Positions 13,135 to 25,089 are shown, counted from the first letter of the whole stretch. The stretch: 48,726 bases of DNA, filler included, from Trypethelium eluteriae (GCA_051942245.1; 2 parts of 2 records of this genome joined end to end with filler, not necessarily neighbours in it); one strand, 5' to 3'. Made by a program: numbers and translations. Notes: generated by a model from the sequence alone, not told the origin.

Positions 13135-14596
13135 ATGTCGAGGAACTGTAAGCCGAGTGACAGCCGATTCAACACAATCTCTTAGGGACTCATACTGACC
13201 GCATGTGTCAGACATAAGCAGATTCGCTCTTGCAGCGCTTATCTATGGCCTGCTTATCCTGCCCATCCCTTTGGCAGCGCTGGAAGGGCCTCACAGAACT
13301 TTGCACCACAGAAGGGGTGCGCCTAAGCAGAATGAAGAACAGTCCTTGGATGACTCAATCCGGCTTGTCGATACTGGTCAAGGGAATCAGTCTTCTGTAC
13401 AAAGGCTCAAGAATGATGGGATCCTGCCAAGCGTGCTATCGCCTACAATAGCCGAGGCTGAGAAGAGCGGAAAGTTAAAATGGACTTCACTTAAGGGAGA
13501 TGATGGGACGATCACTAAATTCGCAGATATGGACTACGATGATTATAAAGAGGCACAGGACAAAGCACTGCACGCATACTTCAATGGGCAAAACAACGCA
13601 AGTACCCCCAAGTTAATGCGTCGTGATGGCCGTCGCAGAAAAGCCCCATCCTTTCGTGGCCTTCTCAAAGATTTCTGGGACGGGTATGCAGACATCAGCG
13701 ACATCAAGTACGGAGTTATTGCCAAATATGATACCAGTCGGGAGGACGCCATGGACTCGGCGGAGCGGAAACTGCAAGCTTGGTTCGACGAATGGACGGA
13801 GAAACATGGCGGGTACGACTTTGTCTGCCGCGATGCTGGACCTTATGGTTGGGGTTCCCACAAACAATCCGAGATGGTAAATTTTTGCGCGTTTGTTGGC
13901 TTACCGATAGCTAAAACTGCCGCCGTACTAGCGCTACCTGGTGTTGGAGCAGCGGGAGGCTTGGCTGCTGGCAAAATTGCATCAATCGCTGGCAAAAGCC
14001 GGCTGCTCAACAGAGTAGATTACGCCAGCAAGGGACAAAGTGTCAGCATCATGAAACACCTTGGTCTGAATGTTGCTGCAAAACAGCGACATGGTCCTAC
14101 TCACTTCACCATGTCCTCAGAACTTTGCCATCGGGCTATCGGAAAGATGTTGCAAAAAGGCTGTAGAGCGGGCGAATTCCAAATTGATGACGATGATGGA
14201 TATCGCGACTACATTATGAATTTCGACCAGACGACGGATGATTACGATTGTGATGGCAACTATCCTGATGACTACGCTAGCGATTTTGACGCTAGCTATC
14301 CTCAAGATCAATACGAATTTGTCGAAGAAGTTCCCAGTCAGTACGATCAAGACCCACCACCTCGGCAGGGAGGAGGGCGTAACCAAGACTATGGCTATCC
14401 ACCACCGCCGAAAGGATATTACCAACGAGGCGCCCCCCGACCTCGACCAGTACCGCCTCCCTCACGAGCCCAGTTTCAACCTCAAGCATGCACTTGGAAT
14501 GACGGTCGGCCGCCTCCACCAGGGAGAGGATACCCACCAGGAAGGGGTGCCCCTTATGCCCCATCAGATCGTGACTACTACGATGATAGGTGGTGA
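13135..14596 (+). CDS. Secreted/preproprotein-like orphan (465 aa) with Cys-containing core, Gly/Ala hydrophobic segment, Asp/Tyr-rich and Pro/Gly/Arg-rich tail
   Basis: Micro-exon 13135-13147 (ATGTCGAGGAACT), intron 13148-13211 (GTAAGC...CTGAC...CAG) and exon 13212-14596 give MSRNYISRFALAALIYGLLILPIPLAA, a signal peptide. This supplies the ATG missing from the GTG-started 463-aa ORF. Confidence 0.8.
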
Positions 14597-15569
14597 GAGG
14601 GAGTGGAACGGATCTACTCCTTATAACCTAGTGCTGCTAAACCTTTCGCACTTTAACTATTTTGTAGCCGTTCGCATTGGAACAAGGATACTCAGGTAGC
14701 CATTCTAATTCAGCAACGCCGCATTATTTAATATCATGTAGTTGACAATGGAATGGATGATGTTTCCTTTCTAAGTAGTCAAATAGAGAAGTATTGATTC
14801 AAGAATAGCTCAACAGCGCTGCAGCATTATCCTCCTTATCCGCAAGAATTGCATCAAGAGATTCTCTGCGGTACGGCCAGGAAGACATATATTATCTCCA
14901 GGTAGACAATGACAATCATGTGTCTGAATCGGTTCAAATTTTATGGAGATACCGTTTTGTTCGTAATATTCAGTATCTCGAGATTCATTAGTTGCCAGGA
15001 GTGGGACTTAGCATCAGCAACAGTTGCGACGAACTTTGACGGGTGAAATGGCGCCGCGAGGACTCATGACTTTCCGGAACCACGTCCTTAAAGCGTTGCT
15101 CAGATAGCAATCTCGACTGTAATATCCACCGTACAAGCTGACCATCTTGCGAACTCCGTTACGATGCCTTGATTTTGCTGGTGGTGGTGCGAAAACAAGC
15201 AATGGATATTAGGTTAGAATAGGGCTGTCTTGGCGAGGGAGGGTGAGAGCTTAAAGATGAGGCGGCTCAGAGGATGATTATGGGGGTATTATTGTGATTC
15301 CATAAGACGTCATTTAATTTCACGGGCAACCGTCTATTCAGTTATCATCGGACTCCATCGTAGAAAAGTCATTTTACTACGCAAAAGTCCTGTCTTTCCA
15401 TCCACAAGCTCCTCTTTGCTAAATCTGAAAAGATAGCCTGGAGTCTTACGATCGTATTGCAAAAGAAATTTAAGGAAAATCCATAACCGATAGCACCTGT
15501 GATACCTGAGACGTGATCTTCGAAATCTAGTTGTCTAACAGCTTCCCGCTGAACCTCTTCACGTGCCCA

Positions 15570-16743
15570 TTAGCCTTCTAGTTCAATCGTATCGAACCGA
15601 TGCCCGTTGCGCATCTGCTTCTCAAAGTCATCCTTTCCATATGTCAGACAAGAATCTGGGCGAGCCTGTGGTGCATCGAATGAGGCCGGCTTATCTGTCT
15701 TCATCGACTTTACGGAGTCCAGTCGGTTTTGACGGAACAAAGGGGTGTTAGCCGTCGATCCAGAGCCCCAACTCCCTGGGAGATAGTGGTGATTCTTCCG
15801 GTCACTGTTCCCTCGCATGTTTTCGTCAACTGTCACGGATGCCCACAAAGCAGAGAGAGGCAGGAATAGCGCAACGGTGGTTGGAACAAGGCTTGAAGCT
15901 TGGGGTATAAGATTGATCTTGTACTGTATGCCACAGAAGATGACTAAAAGAGGTTAGCAGGGTCAAGCTATGTACTGCGATTGGCTTACCTGGAACGATG
16001 AGGGTCTGGCAGCCCATGACGACGAGAATCTGCATTGGTCCAAATTGTTTCAGGCCAAGCCTGTGGCGTTCTCTGATCTGATAGGCCAATTTGAGGACAA
16101 ACACCAGACTGAAAAAGCAGATGCCAATGGTGAGAGTAATAGTAGTCGCACTCGCAATGCGGTCATCCCACGGACCAACCTCTTGAACCAGAGCCTCGCG
16201 CGCGGTAAGGATCGTGTTTGCGAATTGAAAGCCGGTGACTACCAGAGCGACAATTCCTGTTGTGATCATGATGCAGGTTTTGTAAAGGGTCCTAGCAGTA
16301 GCGCAGACAACATAGACTTGGTTGATCAGAGACGCTTGGAGGCAAAGAACAAGTAGGAAGGTCAAGACCGTTCCAGCGACTGATGTTGCATACGCCGAAT
16401 CCGGAACGTTGTCAAAGTCTCCGCTCAACACCGAGTACCAATTCCACCAAGGGCCGGTGCAGTACAATGAGATAATGACGCTACGGATGAAGTCCAGGAG
16501 CAGAGCAAGGGTATTTAGAATGAAGTTGATAGAGCGCCACTTCTCGATCTTGCTGACCAGGAGGGCGATAACTAAGAGGATCAAAGACGCTCCAATTTGC
16601 GAGCCATAATTGATGGAGACCTGTGCTGCATAGGAGACAATTTCCTGAATATCGTCGATGGTAATATTCATAGGAGTCTGATCAGGAAGCAAGATCGTGA
16701 TCTGCTGAGTAAAAGGGTCGAAGTCTGTCTGAGTGGTGGCCAT
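15570..16743 (-). CDS. STE2: Alpha-factor-type pheromone receptor (class D GPCR, Ste2/Pre2), 375 aa
   Basis: Exons 16743-15990 and 15943-15570. Ste2 hallmarks FDPFTQ.ITI, SINYGSQIGAS, FILNTLAL, SLINQVYVV, LVFVLKL..IRER.RLGLKQFGPMQILVVMGCQTLIVP and LPLSALWAS. Seven hydrophobic segments. Confidence 0.95.
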
Positions 16744-17473
16744 CTTGAAAAGCTTATCAAGCAAAGAGGAGGTTACGAAAGGATGGGTCGGGGGACAGCC
16801 CAGAGAAGGTAGTAATTAAGTAACTTGAAGGATGGTGTGAAGCTGTAACGAAGGAGAGATCGGTAGGAATCTATAAGAAAAGGGAGAACATATCCAGAAC
16901 GCTCTGCAGTTTCTGTTGTATGGCAAAGGGGGTGAACAATCGCAAGAGGAACAATCACTGCAGTAATCAAAGCAAACCCCACTAACCAGAGATATCATTT
17001 GCCGCAGATGCTAGTTGGAGATATCTTCCGGCACTCAGTAAAGAATAATATCAGATCGTTTACTATTGTCCGGGATGAGACCTATCCAACTGTGTTACGG
17101 ACTCCTGAGTGTGAGGATGATTTCCACACCTAAGACAAACAATACGAAGCAGCGACTCAGCTTAGCGCCATGGTGAAGATACAGACCTTTCGGTAGCATG
17201 CAGCATTACGAAACGTCGATAGCCGATTGTCTTCCAATCGTAACTCATCGCAAAAACATGGCTTGACGTAACCTTGAGCAAGCAGTGATCGTTTGAAACC
17301 CCGAGACATGCTTAGTATTGTTCTTGGGAGGGGCCTGACATGTCAGAAGGTCTCAGACCTGCCATCAGGCGCAGGAGTGAATTTTATGCAAATTATGGAT
17401 TCTTGAGAGTGAGGATAGTATGAAAGGTAAAGGTTGAGGGTCATGCGGGTCATTCCGCGCTACCGAGAGGTAG

Positions 17474-17549
17474 CCAATCACTGAGCTCGAACTGCTTAAT
17501 TTAGGTATAACGTGCATGGGTAGCCGCGTGAGAAATGACGTCGACGCGT
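17474..17549. promoter_or_regulatory. Candidate MCB (ACGCGT), CRE-like (TGACGTC) and CCAAT elements upstream of the BRCT gene
   Basis: ACGCGT at 17544-17549, CGCG at 17525-17528, TGACGTC at 17536-17542 and CCAAT at 17474, all within 160 bp of ATG 17633. Confidence 0.4.
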
Positions 17550-17632
17550 CTCTCTACTTTTTTGGACTTCCCCTTCCAAATTAAGTAGCACCCCAGCATA
17601 TTTCCAAACAATGCAACGAGAGGCCCAGCATC

Positions 17633-20157
17633 ATGGCGAAGATGGAGCTGATTCTCAGAGACTCATTCGGTCGCACGCAAAGGCTCTTGGATGGCGATGA
17701 TGACGAGCCTATGCGCCTTGATTTATTCAGGATGGGTAATGACTTTGAACTGTTGCCTCGACTAGCAGAATCCCAGCCGGAAAGATCACTGGCTGTCATC
17801 GGTGAGCCCCAAATCAATTCTTCTTATTCGAGTTATCTGACCCAAGTTTAGACGTTTGCCCAGGTTCAATCTGGCTTTCCCCACTAACAGGAATAGTCCG
17901 CCTGCTCCCCCCATCAGTGCAGAACTTATCAGAGCTAGAAAAAGCGTGGTATCGCTACGCCGTGCCCCAAGCCCATGACTGGAAAACCAGGCTCTATCTT
18001 CGACCTGGTGATAGCTTCGACCTTGGTGAAGACTCAATCTGCTTTACTGTGGAGCTTCGTCCGCAAGATAGGGTGGAAGTAACATCCTCGCTTCCTGACA
18101 TGTCAAGCCCAAACAAGGCAGGGCTTGAGCAGAATAGGGAGAATGATGATGCCGTTCAACTCTTGGATGGTAGTGTGGGTGAGAAAGACGCCTTCAGAAA
18201 CAGTATTGATGTTCCACAATCGCTCGTCCCCTCTGGCCAACCGCAATCACCAATAGTACCATCTCGGAATACGCTTGAAAGCGTGGAAGAAACGCCACAC
18301 GTACCTAGCAGATTCCATGAGAATGGTATCAATCTAGAAGATTCCGTCGAACCGTGGAGCCCATCGAAAGCAGTCGTCCGCTTGGAAACCTCAGTTCGTC
18401 TTGCATCGAACAATGAAGCCGGGGAGAGCTTGAGACGCACGCAGAGTCCTTCGTTCCCGGACGGAGACGACGGGACCACCCCATCTAGACTGGAACGCAC
18501 TCCTGACGGAGCTGAGAAAGCAGCATATCAAGTTCAGCAGCACCTACGCCAGCGGGATAGCAATGCAGCCATCATACCTGCAGACGGCGCCTTCAGAGAG
18601 CAGACTGGAGCATGTGAGAATGATGTGCTGCCGGCCAAATTGGAATTAGTTCAAGAGCCTCAAGGCAGCGAAGAATATCGTGAGCCCAACTCTGCAACGG
18701 GGCTGCCGAAGGAAATGGAACCCGCAGCACCCGTATGGCAAGAATCACAAACATACGAAAAAGCTGAAGAAGGTTCAGAGATGGAGGGGGAACCTGCAGA
18801 TATGGACTTAATAGGCGACAAGAAGCTTCCCAGTTTTGCAGAAACGGTGGCTACTCCAGAGGCAGACTCAAGCAAGGCTCGAAAGAGGAGGTTCGAGCAA
18901 GCGGCAGATAGCCCTTTTGCTCGACCAACGAAGCGTGGTAAGGCTATCCATGATCAGTCTCAAGATAGCGTGAATAGCATTATCGATGTTACGGCCCATA
19001 CCACGTCTGCAGATGATCGCCTACTCTCAAAAACATTACCTGGTGATTCGAAAGATAATAGCTACATCGAAGTACGACACGCCAAAGAGAATGACAATGG
19101 CACTCCTGAGAAAAACAGTGATGCGTCGCCAAAATCAGCTAAGGCGCTCCGAACGTATTCCAAGCGCTTACGAAACATTGCTCAACATCGGGGCTCTCGT
19201 TCTTCTCCGAGACGAAATCCAGAAGTCGAGTCTCGAGAATCTGAAAGTGTGTGGTCAATTGACTTGAACGAAGACCAGCTTGCGAGCAAAGGAACAAAGA
19301 AGTCGAAGGTCGAAAATTCTTCAATAAATTCGTCCCCTCAATCAGCCATCGCTAAGCCGGTCAATTCCCAGACAGGGAAGTCCAAACGGGAGGCTCAGAG
19401 AGCAACACCCACGACTTCGACACCAGTATCAAGTAATCGTAGCATCGATTCAAATACATCTACCGCGGCATCACGGTACAAAGGCAGATCCTTGAAAGTG
19501 GTATTCAGCAGCAATAGCAAGTTTGCGGATGACGTCAGCTTCAAGAATTTCCTGCGTAAGCAAGGTAGCACAACCGGCCAACACGTCTCCGATAAATCTG
19601 ACATCCTTTGCATTGGTGACGGAGAAATTAGGAAATCCGTCAGCCTACTTCTTGCCGTGGCACTTGGCAAACAGATTGTTACAGACAAATGGGCCCGCCA
19701 AAGCCTAAAAGCCGGTCACATTCTTGATCCAGCCGGTTTCTTGCCATCAGATCCTCTGCATGAGGAAGGATGGAAATTTGAGATATCCGAAATCAGTGGT
19801 CAGCCTCGGGAAGATCTTTTTATAGGTAAAACCTTCTATTTCACACCAACGCTTAAAAAAGAGTACGGAACCTCTGGATTCAAGGATATTGAAGAAATCT
19901 TGCGGGCTTGTGGTGCTACAAGTGTCATTAGCAAAGTTGCCAAACATCTCCCTGAAGACTCAGACACTGTTGTCCTGGCCTCCAACGCCGATGACGCCGA
20001 CGCAGCCCTGTTGCAAAAGGATCGTCGCTCCTGTTTCCACAAGGATCTTCTATCTATGAGCGTGCTTAGAGGCTCGCTTGAGCTACAGAGTAGCGAATTC
20101 CGTATCAACTCCGGTGGAGAGGCACAAAGTCGGACCCACAAGAAGAAGACCTTCTAG
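17633..20157 (+). CDS. Tandem-BRCT domain protein with possible N-terminal FHA-like domain (MDC1/Mdb1-like architecture), ~811 aa
   Basis: Exons 17633-17801 and 17891-20157 (GTGAGC...CTAACAG). C-terminal BRCT pair: KVVFSS..DILCIGDGEIRKSVSLLLAVALGKQIVTDKWARQSLKAGHILDP, then LFIGKTFYFTP..IEEILRACGA. Long disordered, charged middle region. Confidence 0.85.
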
Positions 20158-20979
20158 CATGACGTGATTACTATTGTGGGCAACTTCTGAGGAAAACATC
20201 AAGCATGAATGAAGGATTGCAGATTTCTCCATTCAATACGTCGGGCTTATACTGCTAACGCGGAGCATATCGAGATGCATCATAGGATTTTGGGGTACGA
20301 ATTATGGTCATGTAGCTTCTTAGAAAGTGCTTCGAAGGAGCTCGGCGCCGATCATGACATGAACCGGAGAGTCGTGGCGAGGATGCAGGGTTGGCGATAT
20401 ATTCACTCGTCAATGCTCCCTACACATGTAGTGATCACAAGCTTGCCAGCGGGTTATATCCAACCCAATGGGGTGGGCTGCTGGAGGTAGCGATAGCTTT
20501 AGACACTGTCAGGGCCAGCCGATAGCTTAGGTTGTTTTGTTCAATTTACCTAGCTCAGATACTAAAGGTATTCCGGTCGTTGCCGCAAAACCTATTAGAA
20601 GTCATGATCTACTCGTGAATTGCGCTTTGCCAGGATAATTGCGCTGTGGCCGTATAAAGAGCATAGAGCTCGTGCAGCGTCTTGTGTTTCAAGCCTGGCT
20701 GACCTCCCTGGCCAACTTCTGAACCCCGAATATGCCTATCATTCCATATCCGGGGACCGAGTACGGCTGTAGGTGACTTTGAGTCTGTGAGATGTGCATG
20801 CGACGTGCGCCAACGCGTTTACTGCAGTTGCGCAAATCAATCTAGAACTAGATTTCGCCAAGCATTTTGTCCCTTGCCTCCCCCCATACGCGGCTCCCGA
20901 CTCTTCTCCGTATCCAAGTTCAATCTCCCAGCGTCAGCTGCCGCTCAGCCCTGCATTCTTCTCTTTCTAACGGCCGAGT

Positions 20980-23900
20980 ATGGGCTTCGTCGGTATCTAT
21001 CGAGCAGTATACGACTATGTGCCTCAAGGCGAGAATGAGTTGACTATACAAGAGGGCGATCTACTCTTCGTCCTTGAAAAGAGCACCGAGGATGACTGGT
21101 GGAAGGCTAAAAAGAAAGCCGCATCCGAGGACGAGGAAGAGCCGGAAGGCCTGATACCGAATAACTATGTTGAGGAGGTAAATAAGCAATTGCTGCAGTT
21201 CTGCTCTTTTCTTGTCCGGGAACCTAAGAAGACCGCACTAACATGCATGCAATCTACGTATAGGCAAGACCGACACTGCATGCCAAGACTCTCTACGATT
21301 ATACTCGCCAGACTGACGAAGAGCTGTCCTTCTCTCAAGATGCAATACTAGATGTCTATGACACAACAGATCCGGATTGGGCCTTGGTGGGACTGGACGG
21401 AGAGTATGGCTTCGTTCCAGCGAATTACATTGAAGCAGCTGCAGAGCTTTCTCCGGCATTACCATCAAGACCACGAGCAGCCCAGCCAGAACCTGAGCCT
21501 GAACTAGAAGAAGAGCCCGAGCCAGCTCCACAGCAGCCGCCAACACCGGAATCTCCTTCAAGTCCCCCCGCCAATCCAGCTGCTGCTCTAGCAGGCATTA
21601 TAGCGCAGAAGACAGGCCCTTCATCACCTAAAAGAACGACTAGAGCCGCACCTATACCATCACAGATTGCAGTTCCCAAACGGCAACAATATACACCCGA
21701 AGAGTCCGACGAAGAGGCCCCACCGCCGAATTTACCCCAAAGACGGGCTTCGGAGCAGCTATCCCCACCACCCAATCAATACATATCATCTCCACAGTCG
21801 GATGAGCCGCCTGGTATAATCCCTTCACCCCCTTACAACCGTGTAGTATCTCAGGGATACAATGGATCGAATTTAGCTACGACCCCTGGAGGTTATCATT
21901 TGTACAATATCCACGAGATGGTTTCTCACATGGGCAAGAACAAGAAGATGCCTATGACACTAGGAATCAATCTTGCAAAAGGTGTTATCATGATTGCTCC
22001 AGAAAAGTCAAGGGACGGGCCACAAAAAGAATGGACTGCGGAAAAGCTAACGCACTACTCCATCGAGGGCAAACATGTTTTCGTGGAGCTTGTGAGACCA
22101 AGCAAGAGTATTGATTTCCATGCTGGCGCAAAAGATACCGCACACGAAATTGTCTCTGCTCTGGGCGAATTGGCCGGAGCTGCGCGTGCTGGAGGCTTAC
22201 GCGAAGTCATGGCCGCAAGTTCTGGATCTGCTAATGCACAAAAGAAAGGTCAGATGCTATACGAATTCATGGCTCAAGGAGAGGACGAGGTTACCGTAGC
22301 AGTGGGTGACGAAGTCATCGTAATCGACGATACGAAGAGCGACGATTGGTGGATGGTTCGACGACTGAAGAACGGCAAAGAGGGAGTGGTTCCCAGTAGC
22401 TACGTCGAGATTACGGAGACGATTCCGGAAACACCGACGAGCATGAGCGGGCTCAACGCAGGTCGATCGACGGTGGATCAGAATAGGTTGGAGGAGGAGA
22501 GGTTGGCACGACAGGTTTCTAAAGCCCAGCGGAGGAGAGACAGTGATATACAGGGCTCAGAGGTAGGCCCTGGTTTGCAATTGCCCGAGCGTGGCAGCAG
22601 TCTACATTCAAGGGATATTGACACTAGGCGCTCTTCACAGAGAAGCAAGCGCGAAAGTCGAGCGGATAATCGATCATCGTCTTCATCTAAACCGAGTAAG
22701 TAGAGCACCAAACGGCTATCGTCAGCTTGCTCATTGACGGTGTAGAACCCGACGCTTCGAAGGTACGAACATGGACAGACCGATCTGGATCATTCAAAGT
22801 GGAAGCCGAATTCATTGGCCTTAAGGAGGGCAAGATTCATCTACACAAGGTTAATGGTGTCAAGATTGCTGTGCCCGTGTCCAAAATGTCCGTCGAGGAT
22901 CTGGAGTTCGTGGAAAAGATGACAGGCGTGTCCTTGGATGAGGACAAGCCGCTATCTGATATCAAGCGAAAAGGTACGCAACGCGGGAAATCTGATTCGT
23001 CCAAACTTCGAGCAGGAGCTAGCGTGGAACAACCGAAGAAATCGGACTACGATTGGTTTGATTTTTTCCTCCAGTGTGGTGTTAATCCACAGATCTGCGA
23101 AAGATACGCTCAATCGTTTTCAAGAGACCAGATGGGAGAAGAAAACTTGATCGATATTGAGCCGCCACTACTTCGAACTCTGGGTCTCAAAGAGGGCGAC
23201 ATTCTACGTGTCATGAAGTTCCTGGACAACAAATATGGCCGAACAGCGGCTCGAGAAAAGCGTAACGTCAGTTTCGGTGGCGCTTCTGTGATTGGAGATG
23301 GGGAAGAAGATGGTGCAGCAACCAATGGAGGACTATTCTCTGGACCTGGTGGTGCACTAAGGAATAACACCCGAAAAGGACGACCGGCGCCTGCTGTGCA
23401 AACGAATGATGTTGTAGATGCGAAAGTCTTTGAACGGAAGACCGATGGTGCTGTGAAGAAACCTCCGACCGAGGGTACCGCTACACCATTGACATCCGCA
23501 CCTGAGCGACGACCTGCTAGCGGATTTGATGATAGTGCTTGGGAAGTTAAACCTTCAAAGCAGGAACGAGCTCCTGCTGCCGCCCCTCGTGCAGCCACTC
23601 CTCCAGCAACGTCATCTACTCCCTCGCCAGCTCCTGCACAAAAAAGTACTATACCACCTGCACCTCCTACAGGAGCTTTGGCAGAACTCTCGCTGCTGGA
23701 TGCTCCCTTGCAACCAACTCCTGCCCCTCAGCGAGCTCCTCAACAAGAGCAAGTTCAAGCTCCGGCACCAGCTCCGGCAGTGGCTGTCACCCCTCAACCT
23801 CAGCAGCAACCTCAACAGCAGAATGCTGCTCCCCAAGGAGCGGACCCGTCATTTTTCAACCGCCTGGGTCAAACTCCGTCTGGCCAGTCGCAGCAGTTAC

Positions 23901-24365
23901 CCAGCCCACAGCAACAGCTACCTCAGCAGCAGCCGCAACAGCAAGGGTTTGCTGCGCAACCCACGGGGTACGGATTACAACCCTTGCAGCAACAGCAGAC
24001 GGGACCGTCTCGACAAAGGCCTCAACCGCCGCAGCAAACGCAAAGTCAAGGCGGGCTTATCGCGCCGCCTCCCCCGCGAGCGTCTTCTGCACCACAAAAT
24101 TTCCAGCAGCAAAGTGCATTTGGACCTCCTCCTCTACAGCCTCAACTCACTGGCTACCAGCACCTACCTAACAACTTCCAGTCTCAGGCCCCAGCCGGCC
24201 AGAGTCTCCAAGACCTTAGCCAGCAGCGCTTTCGAGCCCAGCAACAAGCCCAATTCAATCCCTCTCAACCCCTTCAAGCCCAAGCAACAGGCTTCAACCC
24301 CATGCTCACCCAACCCACGGGCTTCAACCAATTCTCCTCTCCCCCAGGCCCTCAGCAACAACCAC
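20980..24365 (+). CDS. SLA1: Actin cytoskeleton/endocytic adaptor Sla1; 3' end lost in the gap
   Basis: Exons 20980-21177, 21264-22695 and 22746->24365. Three SH3 domains (YRAVYDY..GLIPNNYV; TLYDY..GFVPANYI; MLYEF..GVVPSSYV), SHD1 (VRTWTDRSGSFKVEAEFIG..IHLHKVNGVKIAVP), SAM/SHD2 (YDWFDFFLQCG..LGLKEGDILRVMK), an LLD clathrin-box-like motif and QPTGF/QxTG repeats. Confidence 0.96.
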
Positions 24366-24465
24366 NNNNNNNNNNNNNNNNNNNNNNNNNNNNNNNNNNN
24401 NNNNNNNNNTTAATTAATTAANNNNNNNNNNNNNNNNNNNNNNNNNNNNNNNNNNNNNNNNNNNN
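24366..24465. other. Artificial contig-joining spacer
   Basis: Exactly 44 N + TTAATTAATTAA + 44 N = 100 bp. The 12-mer is a palindrome with stop codons in all six frames, and both flanking genes are truncated at it. Confidence 0.95.
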
Positions 24466-25089
24466 ACCTCTTCCTCCGAAACCCTCGAATACCGCGCCCT
24501 CGACTCCACCACCGCCGGCATCCTGCAATTCACCAGTCCGCCCTTCGCCCACCGCGCCGAATTCACCGGCCACATCACCGCCCACCTACACGTCTCGCTC
24601 GCGCCCGACCCCGCCTCTACCACCACCACCACGCCCTCCGACCTCGACCTCTTCCTCACCCTGCGCCACCTCTCCCCCTCCGGCAAGGAGATCTTCTACA
24701 CCGGCACCGCGGGCGACCCCGTCCCGCTCTGCAAGGGCTGGCTGCGCGTCTCGCTGCGGAAGACGAACCCTGCGCATCCGTACCACCGGCCGTATCTGCC
24801 GCATCGGGAGTACTTCAGCAGCGACGTGCAGGAGGTGCGGCCTGGGGACGTGTATGAGGTGGAGGTGGAGGTGTGGCCGACGAACGTGGTGGTGAGTCCG
24901 GGGGGGAGGCTGGTGCTGGAGGTGAGTGGGGCGGATACGCAGGGGACGGGCATCTTTAAGCATGAGCATCCGGAGGATCGGAGACCGGAGGTGTTTGGGG
25001 GCTTGAATCGGATTCATTTTGGGGCGGGGAGGGAGAATTATATGGTGCTGCCTTTTATTCCGGGGGAGGATTCGAGGTTGGAGGGATGA
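24466..25089 (+). CDS. 3' part of a CocE/NonD-family (peptidase S15, PepX_C domain) hydrolase
   Basis: Open frame from the gap: EFTGHITAHLHVS..DLDLFLTLRH..EIFYTGTAGDPVPLCKGWLRVSLRK..YEVEVEVWPTNVVVSPGGRLVLEVSGADTQG..F.H..DR..YMVLPFIP, stop at 25089. The catalytic N-terminal domain is not in the window. Confidence 0.9.
   Translation, partial: TSSSETLEYRALDSTTAGILQFTSPPFAHRAEFTGHITAHLHVSLAPDPASTTTTTPSDLDLFLTLRHLSPSGKEIFYTGTAGDPVPLCKGWLRVSLRKTNPAHPYHRPYLPHREYFSSDVQEVRPGDVYEVEVEVWPTNVVVSPGGRLVLEVSGADTQGTGIFKHEHPEDRRPEVFGGLNRIHFGAGRENYMVLPFIPGEDSRLEG

Noticed and set aside
15570..24365. Mating-type (MAT) locus, suggested by STE2 plus an SLA gene
   Set aside because: Pezizomycotina MAT loci are flanked by SLA2 and APN2. 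This gene is SLA1, and no alpha-box or HMG MAT gene is visible.
23526..24413. Long alternative-frame and antisense ORFs over SLA1 (similar ones occur over the coiled-coil and DUF4451 genes)
   Set aside because: Shadows of low-complexity coding sequence in the real genes.
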